From NCBI GenBank assembly GCA_965262725.1, contig OZ253555.1, forward strand, positions 1,760,001 to 1,824,000: 64,000 nt of DNA, given 5' to 3'. The DNA comes from Dehalococcoidia bacterium (GTDB taxonomy: Bacteria > Chloroflexota > Dehalococcoidia > UBA2979). A program made the translations under genes and the position numbers. The notes under the pieces were generated by a model. That model worked only from the letters and a program-made list of their open reading frames with translations, did no database searches and had not been told where the DNA came from. Positions 29,017 to 38,374 of this stretch are shown here, one piece after another. Numbering within the stretch: position 1 is the stretch's first letter; each line of letters starts with the position of its first letter.

Positions 29017-29640
29017 GTGAGCATCGGGCGTCCCGAGGGGGGAGCGGGCTCCCCGATCGTGCGGCTGGTGGAGGCCTTCCACCGCCTTCCCGGGATCGGC
29101 CCGAAGGGCGCGCAGCGCCTCGCCTACCACGTGCTCCGCGCCCCTGCCGAGGAGGCGCGGAGCCTCGCCGACGCCCTGGTTGAGGTGAAGGAGCGCATCG
29201 CCCTCTGCGCGAGCTGCCAGAACCTCACGGAGCGCAGCCCCTGCGCGATCTGCGAGGACCCGGGGCGCGACCGCACGCTTCTGTGCGTGGTGGAAGAGCC
29301 GCTCGACGTGGTCGCGATCCAGCGCACACGCGGCTTCCTCGGGCTCTTCCACGTGCTGCACGGGGTGATCTCGCCCGCCGACGGCGTGGGTCCCGAAGAC
29401 CTGAAGATCGAGGATCTGCTGCGTCGACTGCGCGACCGCGACGGGGAGGTGCACGAGGTGATCGTTGCGACCAACCCCAACCTCGAGGGCGAGGCCACTG
29501 CGATGTACCTCGCGAAGCTGCTGCGCCCGCTCGGGTTGCGCGTGACCCGTCTCGCGCGCGGCCTCCCCGCGGGCGCCGATCTCGAGTACGCCGACGATCT
29601 CACGCTCGGTCGCGCCCTCGAGTTCCGCCAGGAGGTGTGA
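29017..29640 (+). CDS. recR: Recombination protein RecR
   Basis: LPGIGPK.AQR, C4 zinc finger, TOPRIM (EGEATA), LEYAD..TL. Confidence 0.96.
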   Translation: MSIGRPEGGAGSPIVRLVEAFHRLPGIGPKGAQRLAYHVLRAPAEEARSLADALVEVKERIALCASCQNLTERSPCAICEDPGRDRTLLCVVEEPLDVVAIQRTRGFLGLFHVLHGVISPADGVGPEDLKIEDLLRRLRDRDGEVHEVIVATNPNLEGEATAMYLAKLLRPLGLRVTRLARGLPAGADLEYADDLTLGRALEFRQEV

Positions 29641-29678
29641 GCGGCGGTGGGTGTCGCCCGCGGCCGGGGGAGATAGCG

Positions 29679-30485
29679 ATGCCGGGCCGCGCTCCCCGCG
29701 TGCTCCGGAGCGAGGCGATCGTGCTCAGGCACCGCCGTCTCGGGGAGGCCGACCGCGTCGTCACGCTGCTCACGCCGCGCCACGGGAAGCGCGACGCCGT
29801 GGCGAAGGGAGCGCTGCGGCCGCGTAGCCGGCTCGCCGGACATCTCGAGCCGCTCTCGTTCGTCGAGGTCGTGCTGGCGCACGGGCGCACGTTCGACATC
29901 GTCACGCAGGCGGAGTCGCGCGCGCTCTTCCCCGAGGTCCATGCGAGTCTCGAGCGGCTGGCGGTGGCGCTTTATCTGCTGGAGCTGACCGATCGCCTGA
30001 CCGTTGAGCACTCGGAGCCGGACGCGGTCTTCGACCTGCTTGTGACCGCGCTCGGCCGTCTCGAGCGCGGCGACGGTCTGCATCTCGTCGCGCGCACCTT
30101 CGAGCTCGCCCTGCTCGAGGCAGCCGGATTCCGGCCGGAGTGGGAGGGCTGCGTCGCCTGCGCGCAACCCCTCGCCGCGGAGGCGGCGGTGTGGTCGGCG
30201 CTGGCGGGCGGCGTGCTCTGCCGCCCCTGCGCGGCCGCGCACCCGGAGGCGGGGCCGATAGACGCCCGCACGCTGAGAGTGCTCCGCGCCTACCAGCGGG
30301 TCCCGTACGAGGAGGCGGCGCGCATCCGGCTCGCTCCCGACCTCGCGGCTCGCCTCGAGCAGGTCATGCACGCGCTCGCGCGCGCGACCGCCGAGCGCGA
30401 CATCGGCTCGGCGCGCTTTGTCGCGTCGGCCCGCGCGGCGGCCGGCGCTCCCGGCGCGAGAACGGGTTCCGGCGAGGGGCCGTGA
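29679..30485 (+). CDS. recO: DNA repair protein RecO
   Basis: AIVLR....GEADR.VTLLT, AKG, GFRP....C..C ... LC..C. Confidence 0.92.
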   Translation: MPGRAPRVLRSEAIVLRHRRLGEADRVVTLLTPRHGKRDAVAKGALRPRSRLAGHLEPLSFVEVVLAHGRTFDIVTQAESRALFPEVHASLERLAVALYLLELTDRLTVEHSEPDAVFDLLVTALGRLERGDGLHLVARTFELALLEAAGFRPEWEGCVACAQPLAAEAAVWSALAGGVLCRPCAAAHPEAGPIDARTLRVLRAYQRVPYEEAARIRLAPDLAARLEQVMHALARATAERDIGSARFVASARAAAGAPGARTGSGEGP

Positions 30486-30513
30486 GACCGAACGCCCCGG
30501 CGGAGGACGTCCG

Positions 30514-31655
30514 ATGAGCGCGGCCGGCGTCTACGACGTGATCGTGCTCGGCGTCGGGGGAATGGGCTCCGCAACGGTCCACGAGCTCGCGAGCCGCGGC
30601 CTGCGCGTGCTCGGCCTCGAGCGCTTCGACGTGCCGCATGACCGGGGGTCATCGCACGGGGTCAACCGCATCATCCGGCTCGCGTGCTTCGAGCACCCTC
30701 CTACGTGCCCCTCGTGAGGCGCGCCTACGAGCGCTGGCGCGAGCTGGAGTCGGCGAGCGGCGAGCAGCTGCTCCACATAACGGGTTCCCTGGACATCGGC
30801 CGCGAGGAGGGGCGGGTCTTTTCCGGATCGCTCCGCTCCTGCCTCGAGCACGATCTGCCGCACGAGCTGCTGGCCTCCGCCGGGCTGTCCGAGCGTTTCC
30901 CGGTTCTGAGGGTGCCGGAGGACTGGATGGGCCTCTACCAGCCGGACGGCGGCTTTGTGCTCTCGGAGCGGGCGATCGTCCATCACGTCTTCGCGGCGCA
31001 GGAGCGCGGCGCCGACGTGCGGGCGCGCGAGGCCGTGAGGGAGTGGCACGACCGCGGGGGCGTCGTGCGGGTCGAGACCAGCCGCGGCTCGTATGAGGCC
31101 GGGGCGCTCGTCATCACGTCGGGCGCCTGGGCGGCGTCGCTGCCCCAGCTTCGCGGCTTGCTGACGCCGGAGCGGCAGGTGATGGGCTGGTTCCAGCCGG
31201 CGCGTCCCGAGCTCTTCTCGCCCGACGCCTGCCCGGTCGTGGTCGGCGAGTTCGATGAGGGGCTCTACTACGCGTTCCCGGTCTTCGGCGTCCCGGGATT
31301 CAAGATCGGCAGGTTCCACCACCTCGGCGAGGTGACCACTGCCGACGATCTGGACCGCGAGTGCCGCGAGGAGGACGAGGCCGTGCTCCGGGCGGCGATT
31401 GAGCGCTACTTCCCGGATGCGGGCGGGGCGACGCTCGCGCTTCGCGCCTGCATGTTCACGAACACGCCCGATGAGCACTTCATCATCGACGCCCTGCCGG
31501 GCTCTCCGAACGTCTTCGTGGCGGCGGGCTTCTCCGGGCACGGCTACAAGTTCTGCAGCGTGGTCGGGGAGATCATGGCCGACCTCGCGACGCGCGGAGA
31601 GACGGAGCACGATATTTCGCTGTTCCGCCTGGGGCGCTTCGACGCGCGCGGATGA
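30514..31655 (+). pseudogene. solA: N-methyl-L-tryptophan / monomeric sarcosine oxidase with a single -1 frameshift near 30696-30698 (pseudogene or sequence error)
   Basis: N-terminus (GVGGMGS, GSSHG..RIIR, EHP) is in one frame; the continuation [11 protein letters not shown]...CMFTNTPDEHF...SGHGYKF is in another; one extra C joins them. Confidence 0.85.
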
Positions 31656-31717
31656 CGTCCCGGGCGTCGTCTCTGCCCGACCCGTGCGCCCCTCCTGTGC
31701 TCCCGCCTGCCGGCTGC

Positions 31718-32725
31718 TCAGCTGCTGCGGTCGAGCACCTCGGCGACGAGCCCGGCGAGCGTCTCGCGCGTCTCGTTGTCGGCGGCCGCCGGCGGCGCGG
31801 CCGCGATTGCGTGCAGCGCCTCGCCGGCGAATCGCCGCGCGACCTCCATCGACTCCTCCAGCACGCCCCCCTCGCGGATGGCGGCTATCGCCCGCTCGAA
31901 GTTGGCGCGCGGCCTCAGGCCGTCGAAGGCGCGCCGCACCGGGTTGTCGTCGGGCTCGCGCTGGAGGTAGAGGAGCGACGGAAGCGTCAGCGTGCCCGAG
32001 CGCAGGTCGGAGGCGACCGGCTTGCCCATTGACTCGGCATCGCCCGCGAAGTCGAGCACGTCGTCGACGATCTGGAAGGCCATCCCGAGGCGCTGCCCGT
32101 ACCGCTGCATCGCCTCGATCGCCGCATCCTCCGCACCCGCGACGATGGCACCCCCCTCGGCAGCCGTTGCGAAGAGCGAGGCCGTCTTGCCGGCGATGCG
32201 GTCGAAGTAGCGTTGCACGTCCTCGGAGTACTCGAAGGCGGAGAGATCCTGCTGGAGCTCCCCGGTCGCCATCACGCGGAGCGTCCGTGCGAAGGCGCGG
32301 ATCGCGCGGATGTTGCCGGTCTCGGCGACGAAGTCGGCCGCGTGGGCGAACATGTAGTCGCCGAGCATGACGCTCGGGCCGTTCTTGAAGAGCGCGGCGG
32401 CGGTCGGGCGCCCGCGGCGCTCCGGCGAGGCGTCGATCACGTCGTCGTGCACGAGCGTCGCGGTGTGGAGCAGTTCGACGCTCGCCGCGAGCGGGACGAG
32501 CCGTGCCGGCTCGTAGCGCCCGAAACGGCCGGCGAGAAGCGCGACCGCAGGGCGCATGCGCTTCCCGCTGCCCGCGAGCACCGCGCCGAGCATCTCGCGA
32601 AGCCACGGGGCCTCGACCTCGGCGAGCGAGGCGAGCTTGGCGTCGACGAGCGGGAGGTCGCCTGCGACCGGGCCGTAGAGCCCGGGCGATACCGAGGAGG
32701 GGCGCCCGCCCGCTGAGCTCGCCAT
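31718..32725 (-). CDS. Polyprenyl diphosphate synthase
   Basis: GKRMRP, LVHDDVID...RRG, KTASL, FQIVDDVLD. Confidence 0.93.
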   Translation of the reverse strand: MASSAGGRPSSVSPGLYGPVAGDLPLVDAKLASLAEVEAPWLREMLGAVLAGSGKRMRPAVALLAGRFGRYEPARLVPLAASVELLHTATLVHDDVIDASPERRGRPTAAALFKNGPSVMLGDYMFAHAADFVAETGNIRAIRAFARTLRVMATGELQQDLSAFEYSEDVQRYFDRIAGKTASLFATAAEGGAIVAGAEDAAIEAMQRYGQRLGMAFQIVDDVLDFAGDAESMGKPVASDLRSGTLTLPSLLYLQREPDDNPVRRAFDGLRPRANFERAIAAIREGGVLEESMEVARRFAGEALHAIAAAPPAAADNETRETLAGLVAEVLDRSS

Positions 32726-32764
32726 CTCTCCGCGCGCCTCCGTCCGCTTCTCCTGCGATACCTC

Positions 32765-33616
32765 TCAGCCTGTGAGCGTGAAGCCGAAGAGCCTCGCCGC
32801 GTTCTCGGCCGTCGCTCTGGCCACGACGCGCTCGCTCTCCCCGCGCAGCGCCGCGACCTCGCGCACGGTGTAGGCGACGTATGCGGGTTCGTTGCGACGC
32901 CCGCGGTGCGGTACCGGCGTCAGGTACGGGCAGTCGGTTTCGACGAGCATAGCCGTGAGTGGCGTCTCGCGCGCCACCGAGCGCCCCCGCTCGTTGCCGC
33001 CGTAGGTCACCGTGCCCGGGATCGAGAGGAGGAAACCGAGCTCGACGTAGCGGCGTCCGAGCCCGGTGTCGCCGGCGAAGCAGTGCATCATCCCGATCTC
33101 GCGGTCGGCGCCGAGGTAGCGGCCGGCGCGCGACGCCCACGTCCTGAGCTCCTCGTAGCACTCCTCGTCGGCCCCGCGCGAGTGGATCACCACCGGTAGC
33201 GCGAGCTCGCGGGCCAGTTGGAGCTGCCAGCGGAGCGCGAGCTCCTGATCGGGGCGCGGCGAGAGCTCGCGGTAGAGGTCGAGCCCGATCTCGCCGACCG
33301 CCGCCAGCTCCCCGCTCGCGGCGCCCTCCGCGAGGAGCGTCGCGAGCTCCTCCCGCTCGACCGCGAGACGCGACGCCTCGTGCGGGTGCAGGCCGGCGGC
33401 TGCGTGCACGCGCGGCTCGGAGCACGCGAGCTGAAGCGACTCCGCGCTGGTCGCGAGGTCGACGCCGACCTCGACGATCGCGCTGAGGCCGGCCTTCCAG
33501 GCGCGCGCGAGCACCTCCTCGTGGTCTGAGCGGAGCTCGGGCGACCAGGAGTGCGCGTGCGCGTCGACGAGGGGCGCGTCGATGGCGGCGAGATCCGGCG
33601 CCTCGGCCGCGCTCAC
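32765..33616 (-). CDS. tatD: TatD family DNase/hydrolase
   Basis: DAHAH, GLHPH, VGEIGLD, IHSR, HCF, ETDCPYL.P.P.RG.RNEP. Confidence 0.9.
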   Translation of the reverse strand: MSAAEAPDLAAIDAPLVDAHAHSWSPELRSDHEEVLARAWKAGLSAIVEVGVDLATSAESLQLACSEPRVHAAAGLHPHEASRLAVEREELATLLAEGAASGELAAVGEIGLDLYRELSPRPDQELALRWQLQLARELALPVVIHSRGADEECYEELRTWASRAGRYLGADREIGMMHCFAGDTGLGRRYVELGFLLSIPGTVTYGGNERGRSVARETPLTAMLVETDCPYLTPVPHRGRRNEPAYVAYTVREVAALRGESERVVARATAENAARLFGFTLTG

Positions 33617-35316
33617 GATCCCCCGCCGAGGCGCGCCTCTTCCTCGTCGACCATCGCGACATCGAGCTTGCGGAAGAGCGGGCGCGGCTCGGGGAGCGGC
33701 GTTCCGGCCGGGACCTCGGCGCGGCGCCAGCCCGCCTGCTGGATCTCGCCGGAGTGGCCGAGCATTCGCCACGCCTCGGGCGAGGTGAAGGGGAGGAAGG
33801 GCTGGAGCAGCGTCGCGATTCCCGAGATCACGTTGAGAGCAGTGTGGAGCGTCTCCGCGGCGTGGGCGCGGTCCTCCCTGATCGCGACCCACGGCGCTCG
33901 CTCCTCGAGGTAGCGGTTCGTCTCCCCCGCGAGGGCCATCGGCACGCCGAGAGCGGCGCGCAGCCGCACCGCCTCCAGGTGATCCGCCGCCTCCCCGAAG
34001 GCGGCGTCCGCGCGCTCGAGCAGCGCGCTCGACTCGGGCGCCAGGGGCGTGGACGGCTCGGGCACGCGACCGTCGAAGTGTCGGTACGTGATCGTGAGCA
34101 CGCGGTTGACGAGGTTTCCCCACCTGGCGACGAGCTCGTCGTTCACGCGGCGCACGTAGTCGGCCCACGTGAAGTCGGAGTCGGAGGTCTCGGGCATCAC
34201 CGCGGTCAGGACATAACGCAAGGGATCGGGGTCGTGGCGGTCGAGGTAGTCCGGCATCCAGACCGCCCAGTTGCGGCTCGAGGAGGCCTTGGAGCCCGAG
34301 ATCGTCACGTACTGGTTCGCCGGGACGTCGTAGGGGAGGTTGAGGTCCCCGTACCCCATGAGCATCGCGGGCCAGACCATCGTGTGAAAGGGGACGTTGT
34401 CCTTCCCCTGGAAGTAGATCGTCCGGCAGGCCGGGTCGAGCCAGAAGGCCTTCCATGCGCCGGGATCGCCGCTGCCCTGCGCCCACTCGCGGGTCGCCGA
34501 GAGGTAGCCGATCACGGCCTCGAACCAGACGTAGATGCGCTTGCTCTCGTAGCCCTCGACGGGGACGGGGATCCCCCACTCGATGTCGCGCGTGATCGCG
34601 CGGTCGCGGAGACCCTCGCGCAGCTGGCCGAGCGTGAAGTTGCGCACGGCCGGGCGCCAGTGCTCCTGCGCCTCGACCCACGCCAGGAGTTGCTTGTTAA
34701 ACGCCGGGAGCCGCAGGAAGAAGTGCGTCGAGGAGCGCGGCTCGGGGGTCGCGTCGGAGAGGCGCGAGCGCGGGGTGATGAGATCGAGCGCATCGAGCGT
34801 CGAGCCGCAGCTGTCGCACTGGTCGCCACGCGCGCCGTCGTCGCCGCAGCGGGGGCATGTCCCCTCCACGTAGCGGTCGGGGAGGAAGCGCCTCGCGACG
34901 GCGTCGTAGAGGAGCGTCTGCTCCGCCTCATGCAGGTAGCCGTGCTCCTTCAGGCGCAGGAAAATGTCCTGCGTCACCGAGACGTGGTTGTCGGTGTCAG
35001 TCGAGGTGAAGAGGTCGAACGAGATCCCGAAGCGCTCCCACGTGTCGAGGAAGCTCTCGTGGAAGCGACGGAAGACCGCCTCGGGCGTCGTGCCCTCCTG
35101 CTCGGCACGCACCGTCACCGGCGTCCCGTGGGCGTCGGAGCCCGACACCATCAGGGTGCGGTGCCCGCGCATGCGGTGGTAGCGCGCGACGATGTCGGCC
35201 GGCAGGTAGGCGCCGGCGATCTGCCCCGCGTGCAGCGGGCTGTTCGCATAGGGCCAGGCGACGCAGATGAGGACCGCCGGGATCCCAGAGTCGCCGTCGC
35301 GCTCGTTCTCGGGCAT
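33613..35316 (-). CDS. metG: Methionine--tRNA ligase (short form)
   Basis: AWPYAN..LHAG (HIGH-like), GSDAHGTP, Zn knuckles, YVWFEA.IGY, GKDN..FH, KASSS (KMSKS-like). Confidence 0.95.
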   Translation of the reverse strand: MPENERDGDSGIPAVLICVAWPYANSPLHAGQIAGAYLPADIVARYHRMRGHRTLMVSGSDAHGTPVTVRAEQEGTTPEAVFRRFHESFLDTWERFGISFDLFTSTDTDNHVSVTQDIFLRLKEHGYLHEAEQTLLYDAVARRFLPDRYVEGTCPRCGDDGARGDQCDSCGSTLDALDLITPRSRLSDATPEPRSSTHFFLRLPAFNKQLLAWVEAQEHWRPAVRNFTLGQLREGLRDRAITRDIEWGIPVPVEGYESKRIYVWFEAVIGYLSATREWAQGSGDPGAWKAFWLDPACRTIYFQGKDNVPFHTMVWPAMLMGYGDLNLPYDVPANQYVTISGSKASSSRNWAVWMPDYLDRHDPDPLRYVLTAVMPETSDSDFTWADYVRRVNDELVARWGNLVNRVLTITYRHFDGRVPEPSTPLAPESSALLERADAAFGEAADHLEAVRLRAALGVPMALAGETNRYLEERAPWVAIREDRAHAAETLHTALNVISGIATLLQPFLPFTSPEAWRMLGHSGEIQQAGWRRAEVPAGTPLPEPRPLFRKLDVAMVDEEEARLGGGS

Positions 35317-35440
35317 CGGTCTGATGGTAGCAGCGTCGCCCGCTGCGCTATATCTGGTCGACCGGCGCCTGATCGGGTCGTGCACCGCCGCCGGCGCGCC
35401 CGCTCCTCCCCGGGCATCGGCCGGGTGCGGGCGTGCCGCG

Positions 35441-35469
35441 TTGCGTCCTCCGGGCGGCGGCCGTACCAT
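35441..35469 (+). promoter_or_regulatory. Putative sigma70-type promoter upstream of the guaB3 leader
   Basis: TTGCGT-N17-TACCAT. Confidence 0.55.
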
Positions 35470-35475
35470 CGCTGG

Positions 35476-35690
35476 CACGCACCGAGGCGGTGCGGTCGGG
35501 CGAGCCTGCAGGGCCCGCCGAGGCGCAGGACCGGAGAAACCGCCGGGTGATCCGACCGAGCGTGATGGGCAAGGACCCCGCCGCACACCGGTGGGGTCCT
35601 CGTGTATCTGCGGCGCCTCCGGGAGCGCCGCGTAACTGGCGATGACGGAATCGAGACGGCCCCCGCCAGCGGGGGCCGTCCGGTTTTCGG
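35476..35690 (+). ncRNA. Candidate structured 5' leader / riboswitch-like RNA upstream of guaB3
   Basis: Nested pairings (GGTCGG/CCGACC, CCTGC/GCAGG) and three hairpins (35572-35600, 35610-35631, 35655-35680, the last followed by TTTT). Confidence 0.4.
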
Positions 35691-35729
35691 GGGTGGGAAC
35701 GGCGTGCGGGCGACGCGGAGTGCTAGGGA

Positions 35730-36941
35730 GTGGCGGCAATGACGACTGAGACGCGCCTCGGGCTGGCGAAAGCCGGCGATGCGGGCTTCGAGGCGCCACG
35801 CAAGCAGCTGGAGCAGGCCTGGGGATTCGACGACGTCGCGATCGTGCCGGGCGCGGTCACGACCAATCCCGACCTCGTGAGCACGAGCATGGCGCTCGGC
35901 GAGCGGAGCTTCGCGCTGCCGATCCTCGCCTCGGCGATGGACGCCGTCGTCGACCCCTCGTTCGCCGCAGCGCTCTCGCGCGCCGGCGGGCTCGCCGTTC
36001 TCAACCTGGAGGGGGTGCAGACCCGCTACGACGACCCCTCCGCGGTGCTGGCGGAGATCGCCTCGGCGGGGATGGAAGAATCCACCGCCGTCATCCAGCG
36101 CTCCTACGAGCCGCCGATCCGCGACGATCTCGTCGCCCGCCGCATCCAGGAGATCCGCGCGATGGGCGCGGTCGTCGCCGTCTCCGCCACGCCCCAGAAC
36201 ACGAAGCGCCTCGCGCCGATCGCCGTCGAGGCCGGCGCCGACTTCTTCGTCGTCCAGTCGACCGTGACGACTGCCCGGCACGTCTCCAGCTCGCTACGCG
36301 GGCTTCAGCTCGACGACCTCGTTCGCCAGCTCGACCCGTTGCCCGTGCTCGTCGGCAACACCGTCGACTTCGGGGCGACGCTGGAGTTGATGGAGATGGG
36401 TGTCGCCGGCGTCCTGGTCGGCGTGGGCCCTGGCGCCGCCTGCACGTCTCGCGAGGTGCTGGGCATCGGCATCCCGCAGGTCTCCGCGACGCTTGAGACG
36501 GCGCATGCGCGCGACGTCTTCTTCGCCCGGACCGGCCGCTACGTCCCGATCATCACCGACGGCGGGATCCGCACCGGTGGTGACGTCGCGAAGGCGATCT
36601 GCGCGGGGGCCGACGCCGTGATGATCGGCTCGCCGTTCGCCTCGACGCTGGAGGCGCCCGGCCACGGCTGCCACTGGGGCATGGCCGCGCCGCACGCGAC
36701 GCTCCCGCGCGGTGTTCGCGTCCACGTAGGGCAGCCGCACTCGCTGGAGACCCTGCTCTTCGGGCCGACCTCGCGGACCGACGGGACGGAGAACCTGGTC
36801 GGGGCGCTGCGCACGTCGATGGCGACCTGTGGCGCCCTCTCCATCCGCGAGTTCCACGATGCGCGCATGGTGGTTGCCCCCGCGATCAAGACGGAGGGCA
36901 AGATCTACCAGATGGCGCAGCAGCGCTCCGCCGCGCCCTAG
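35730..36941 (+). CDS. guaB: GuaB3-family IMP dehydrogenase-related protein
   Basis: FDDVAIVP, SAMD, catalytic loop GVGPGAACTSR, DGGI..GGD..KAI..GAD.VM.GS, WGMA; no CBS domain. Confidence 0.88.
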   Translation: MAAMTTETRLGLAKAGDAGFEAPRKQLEQAWGFDDVAIVPGAVTTNPDLVSTSMALGERSFALPILASAMDAVVDPSFAAALSRAGGLAVLNLEGVQTRYDDPSAVLAEIASAGMEESTAVIQRSYEPPIRDDLVARRIQEIRAMGAVVAVSATPQNTKRLAPIAVEAGADFFVVQSTVTTARHVSSSLRGLQLDDLVRQLDPLPVLVGNTVDFGATLELMEMGVAGVLVGVGPGAACTSREVLGIGIPQVSATLETAHARDVFFARTGRYVPIITDGGIRTGGDVAKAICAGADAVMIGSPFASTLEAPGHGCHWGMAAPHATLPRGVRVHVGQPHSLETLLFGPTSRTDGTENLVGALRTSMATCGALSIREFHDARMVVAPAIKTEGKIYQMAQQRSAAP

Positions 36942-36968
36942 CCCTTCGCCCGCGAGGCCGGGTCGAGG

Positions 36969-37910
36969 TCAGGGAGCGGGAGGGCGCTCGTCGCGCGGGT
37001 AGCCTCGCCGTGCCTCCACCACGCGCACGATTCCCCGCAGGTCGCGGTGCCGGCCCAGGTCGAGCTCCGGGCCGAGCGCCTCGATGAGCAGGTCCTCGAC
37101 GAAGGCGGCCTGCCCGGCGCCCACCTCGAGCAGCGCGGCGTGCGGGCCCGGCGCGAGATGCGCCGGCAGCTGCGCGACCAGGCGGCGGATGACGGCGAGG
37201 CCGTCCTCGCCGCCGTCGACGGCGAGATCCGGCTCCGCCTCGCGGATCTCCGGCGGGAGCAGCGCGAGCTCCCCGCTCGGGATGTAGGGGAGGTTCGCGA
37301 GAACGACGTCGACGGGCTCGCCCACCGGCTCGAGCAGGTCGCCCGCGAGCAGCACGACGCGATCCTCGAGACCGAGGCGGCGGCGGTTGCGCCCGGCCCA
37401 CGCGAGCGCCGCCGTCGAGGCGTCGGTGGCGAGGACCGTCACCGTCGGGGCGTGCCGGGCGACGGCGAGAGCCACCGTGCCCGGCCCCGTTCCGACGTCG
37501 GCGACGAGGACGCGCCGACGGGCGCGCGGGTGGTCGCGGATCGCCGCGAGCGCGGCCTCCACCAGCGTCTCCGTCTCCGGCCTCGGGATCAGCGCGCCGG
37601 GCCCGACGAGATAGCTGAGGCCGTGGAACTCGCGCGTGCCGGTGATGTAGGCGAGGGGCTCGCCGCCGAGCCGGCGCGCGTGGAGCTCACGGAACCGCGG
37701 CCACGCCTCCGCCGACGGCGGCCCGGCTCCGTGCGCGATCACCTGGGCGCGATCGAGGCCTGACGCCTCGCCGTAGAGGAGCTCCGCCTCGAGGCGCGCC
37801 TCGGCGGCATCGCCCGATCGGCGCCTCGAGAGGAGCTCGCCCGCGGCTCCCGCGAGCAGCGCGCGGAGCGGCCCGGGCGGCCGGGCGCCTCCGGTCGGTG
37901 GATCGGGCAT
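36969..37910 (-). CDS. prmC: Release factor glutamine methyltransferase
   Basis: RR..GEPLAYI.G.REF, LIPRPETE.LVE, DVGTG.G, ANLPY, EP..A.DGG.DGL. Confidence 0.93.
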   Translation of the reverse strand: MPDPPTGGARPPGPLRALLAGAAGELLSRRRSGDAAEARLEAELLYGEASGLDRAQVIAHGAGPPSAEAWPRFRELHARRLGGEPLAYITGTREFHGLSYLVGPGALIPRPETETLVEAALAAIRDHPRARRRVLVADVGTGPGTVALAVARHAPTVTVLATDASTAALAWAGRNRRRLGLEDRVVLLAGDLLEPVGEPVDVVLANLPYIPSGELALLPPEIREAEPDLAVDGGEDGLAVIRRLVAQLPAHLAPGPHAALLEVGAGQAAFVEDLLIEALGPELDLGRHRDLRGIVRVVEARRGYPRDERPPAP

Positions 37911-37957
37911 CGTCTTCCCTCCCCGGGGCGGATGGACGGCGCCACGATATCTCGCCC

Positions 37958-38325
37958 GCGGCCCCGGCGCGGCTCCGGCGCGGCCCCGGCGCGGCTCCGG
38001 TGCGGCTCCGGCGCGGCCCCGGCGCGGCTCCGGCGCGGCCCCGGCGCGGCTCCGGCGCGGCCCCGGCGCGGCTCCGGTGCGGCTCCGGCGCGGCCCCGGC
38101 GCGGCTCCGGCGCGGCCCCGGCGCGGCTCCGGCGCGGCCCCGGCGCGGCTCCGGTGCGGCTCCGGCGCGGCCCCGGCGCGGCTCCGGCGCGGCCCCGGCG
38201 CGGCTCCGGCGCGGCCCCGGCGCGGCTCCGGTGCGGCTCCGGCGCGGCCCCGGCGCGGCTCCGGCGCGGCCCCGGCGCGACTCCGGCGCGGCCCCGGCGC
38301 GGCCCCGGCGCGGCCCCGGCGCGGC
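37958..38325. repeat. Tandem minisatellite: 33 x 11-bp GCGGCYCCGGY with a 77-bp higher-order period
   Basis: Read directly; 37958-38320 = 363 bp; the T-ending variant recurs at 38001, 38078, 38155 and 38232. Confidence 0.97.
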
Positions 38326-38374
38326 GCGCTGATAGGATCGGCTTCCCCGAGGGCGGTCCGCGTGAGGAGGAGCG

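Noticed and set aside
30531-33662. 1043-aa ORF and other long Arg/Gly/Ala-rich ORFs (e.g. 47394..50207, 60572..62998, 21411..23579)
   Set aside because: Shadow or antisense frames of well-supported genes in very high-GC DNA; no motifs
35320-35700. T-box or SAM riboswitch for metG on the minus strand
   Set aside because: No convincing T-box (GGTGGNACCGCG) or S-box motif; metG appears leaderless
37958-38325. CRISPR array, or real proteins from the repetitive ORFs (37687..38505, 37898..38332, 37932..38729, 38077..39021)
   Set aside because: Contiguous 11-bp units with no spacers and no cas genes; all frames are open only because the unit lacks stop codons
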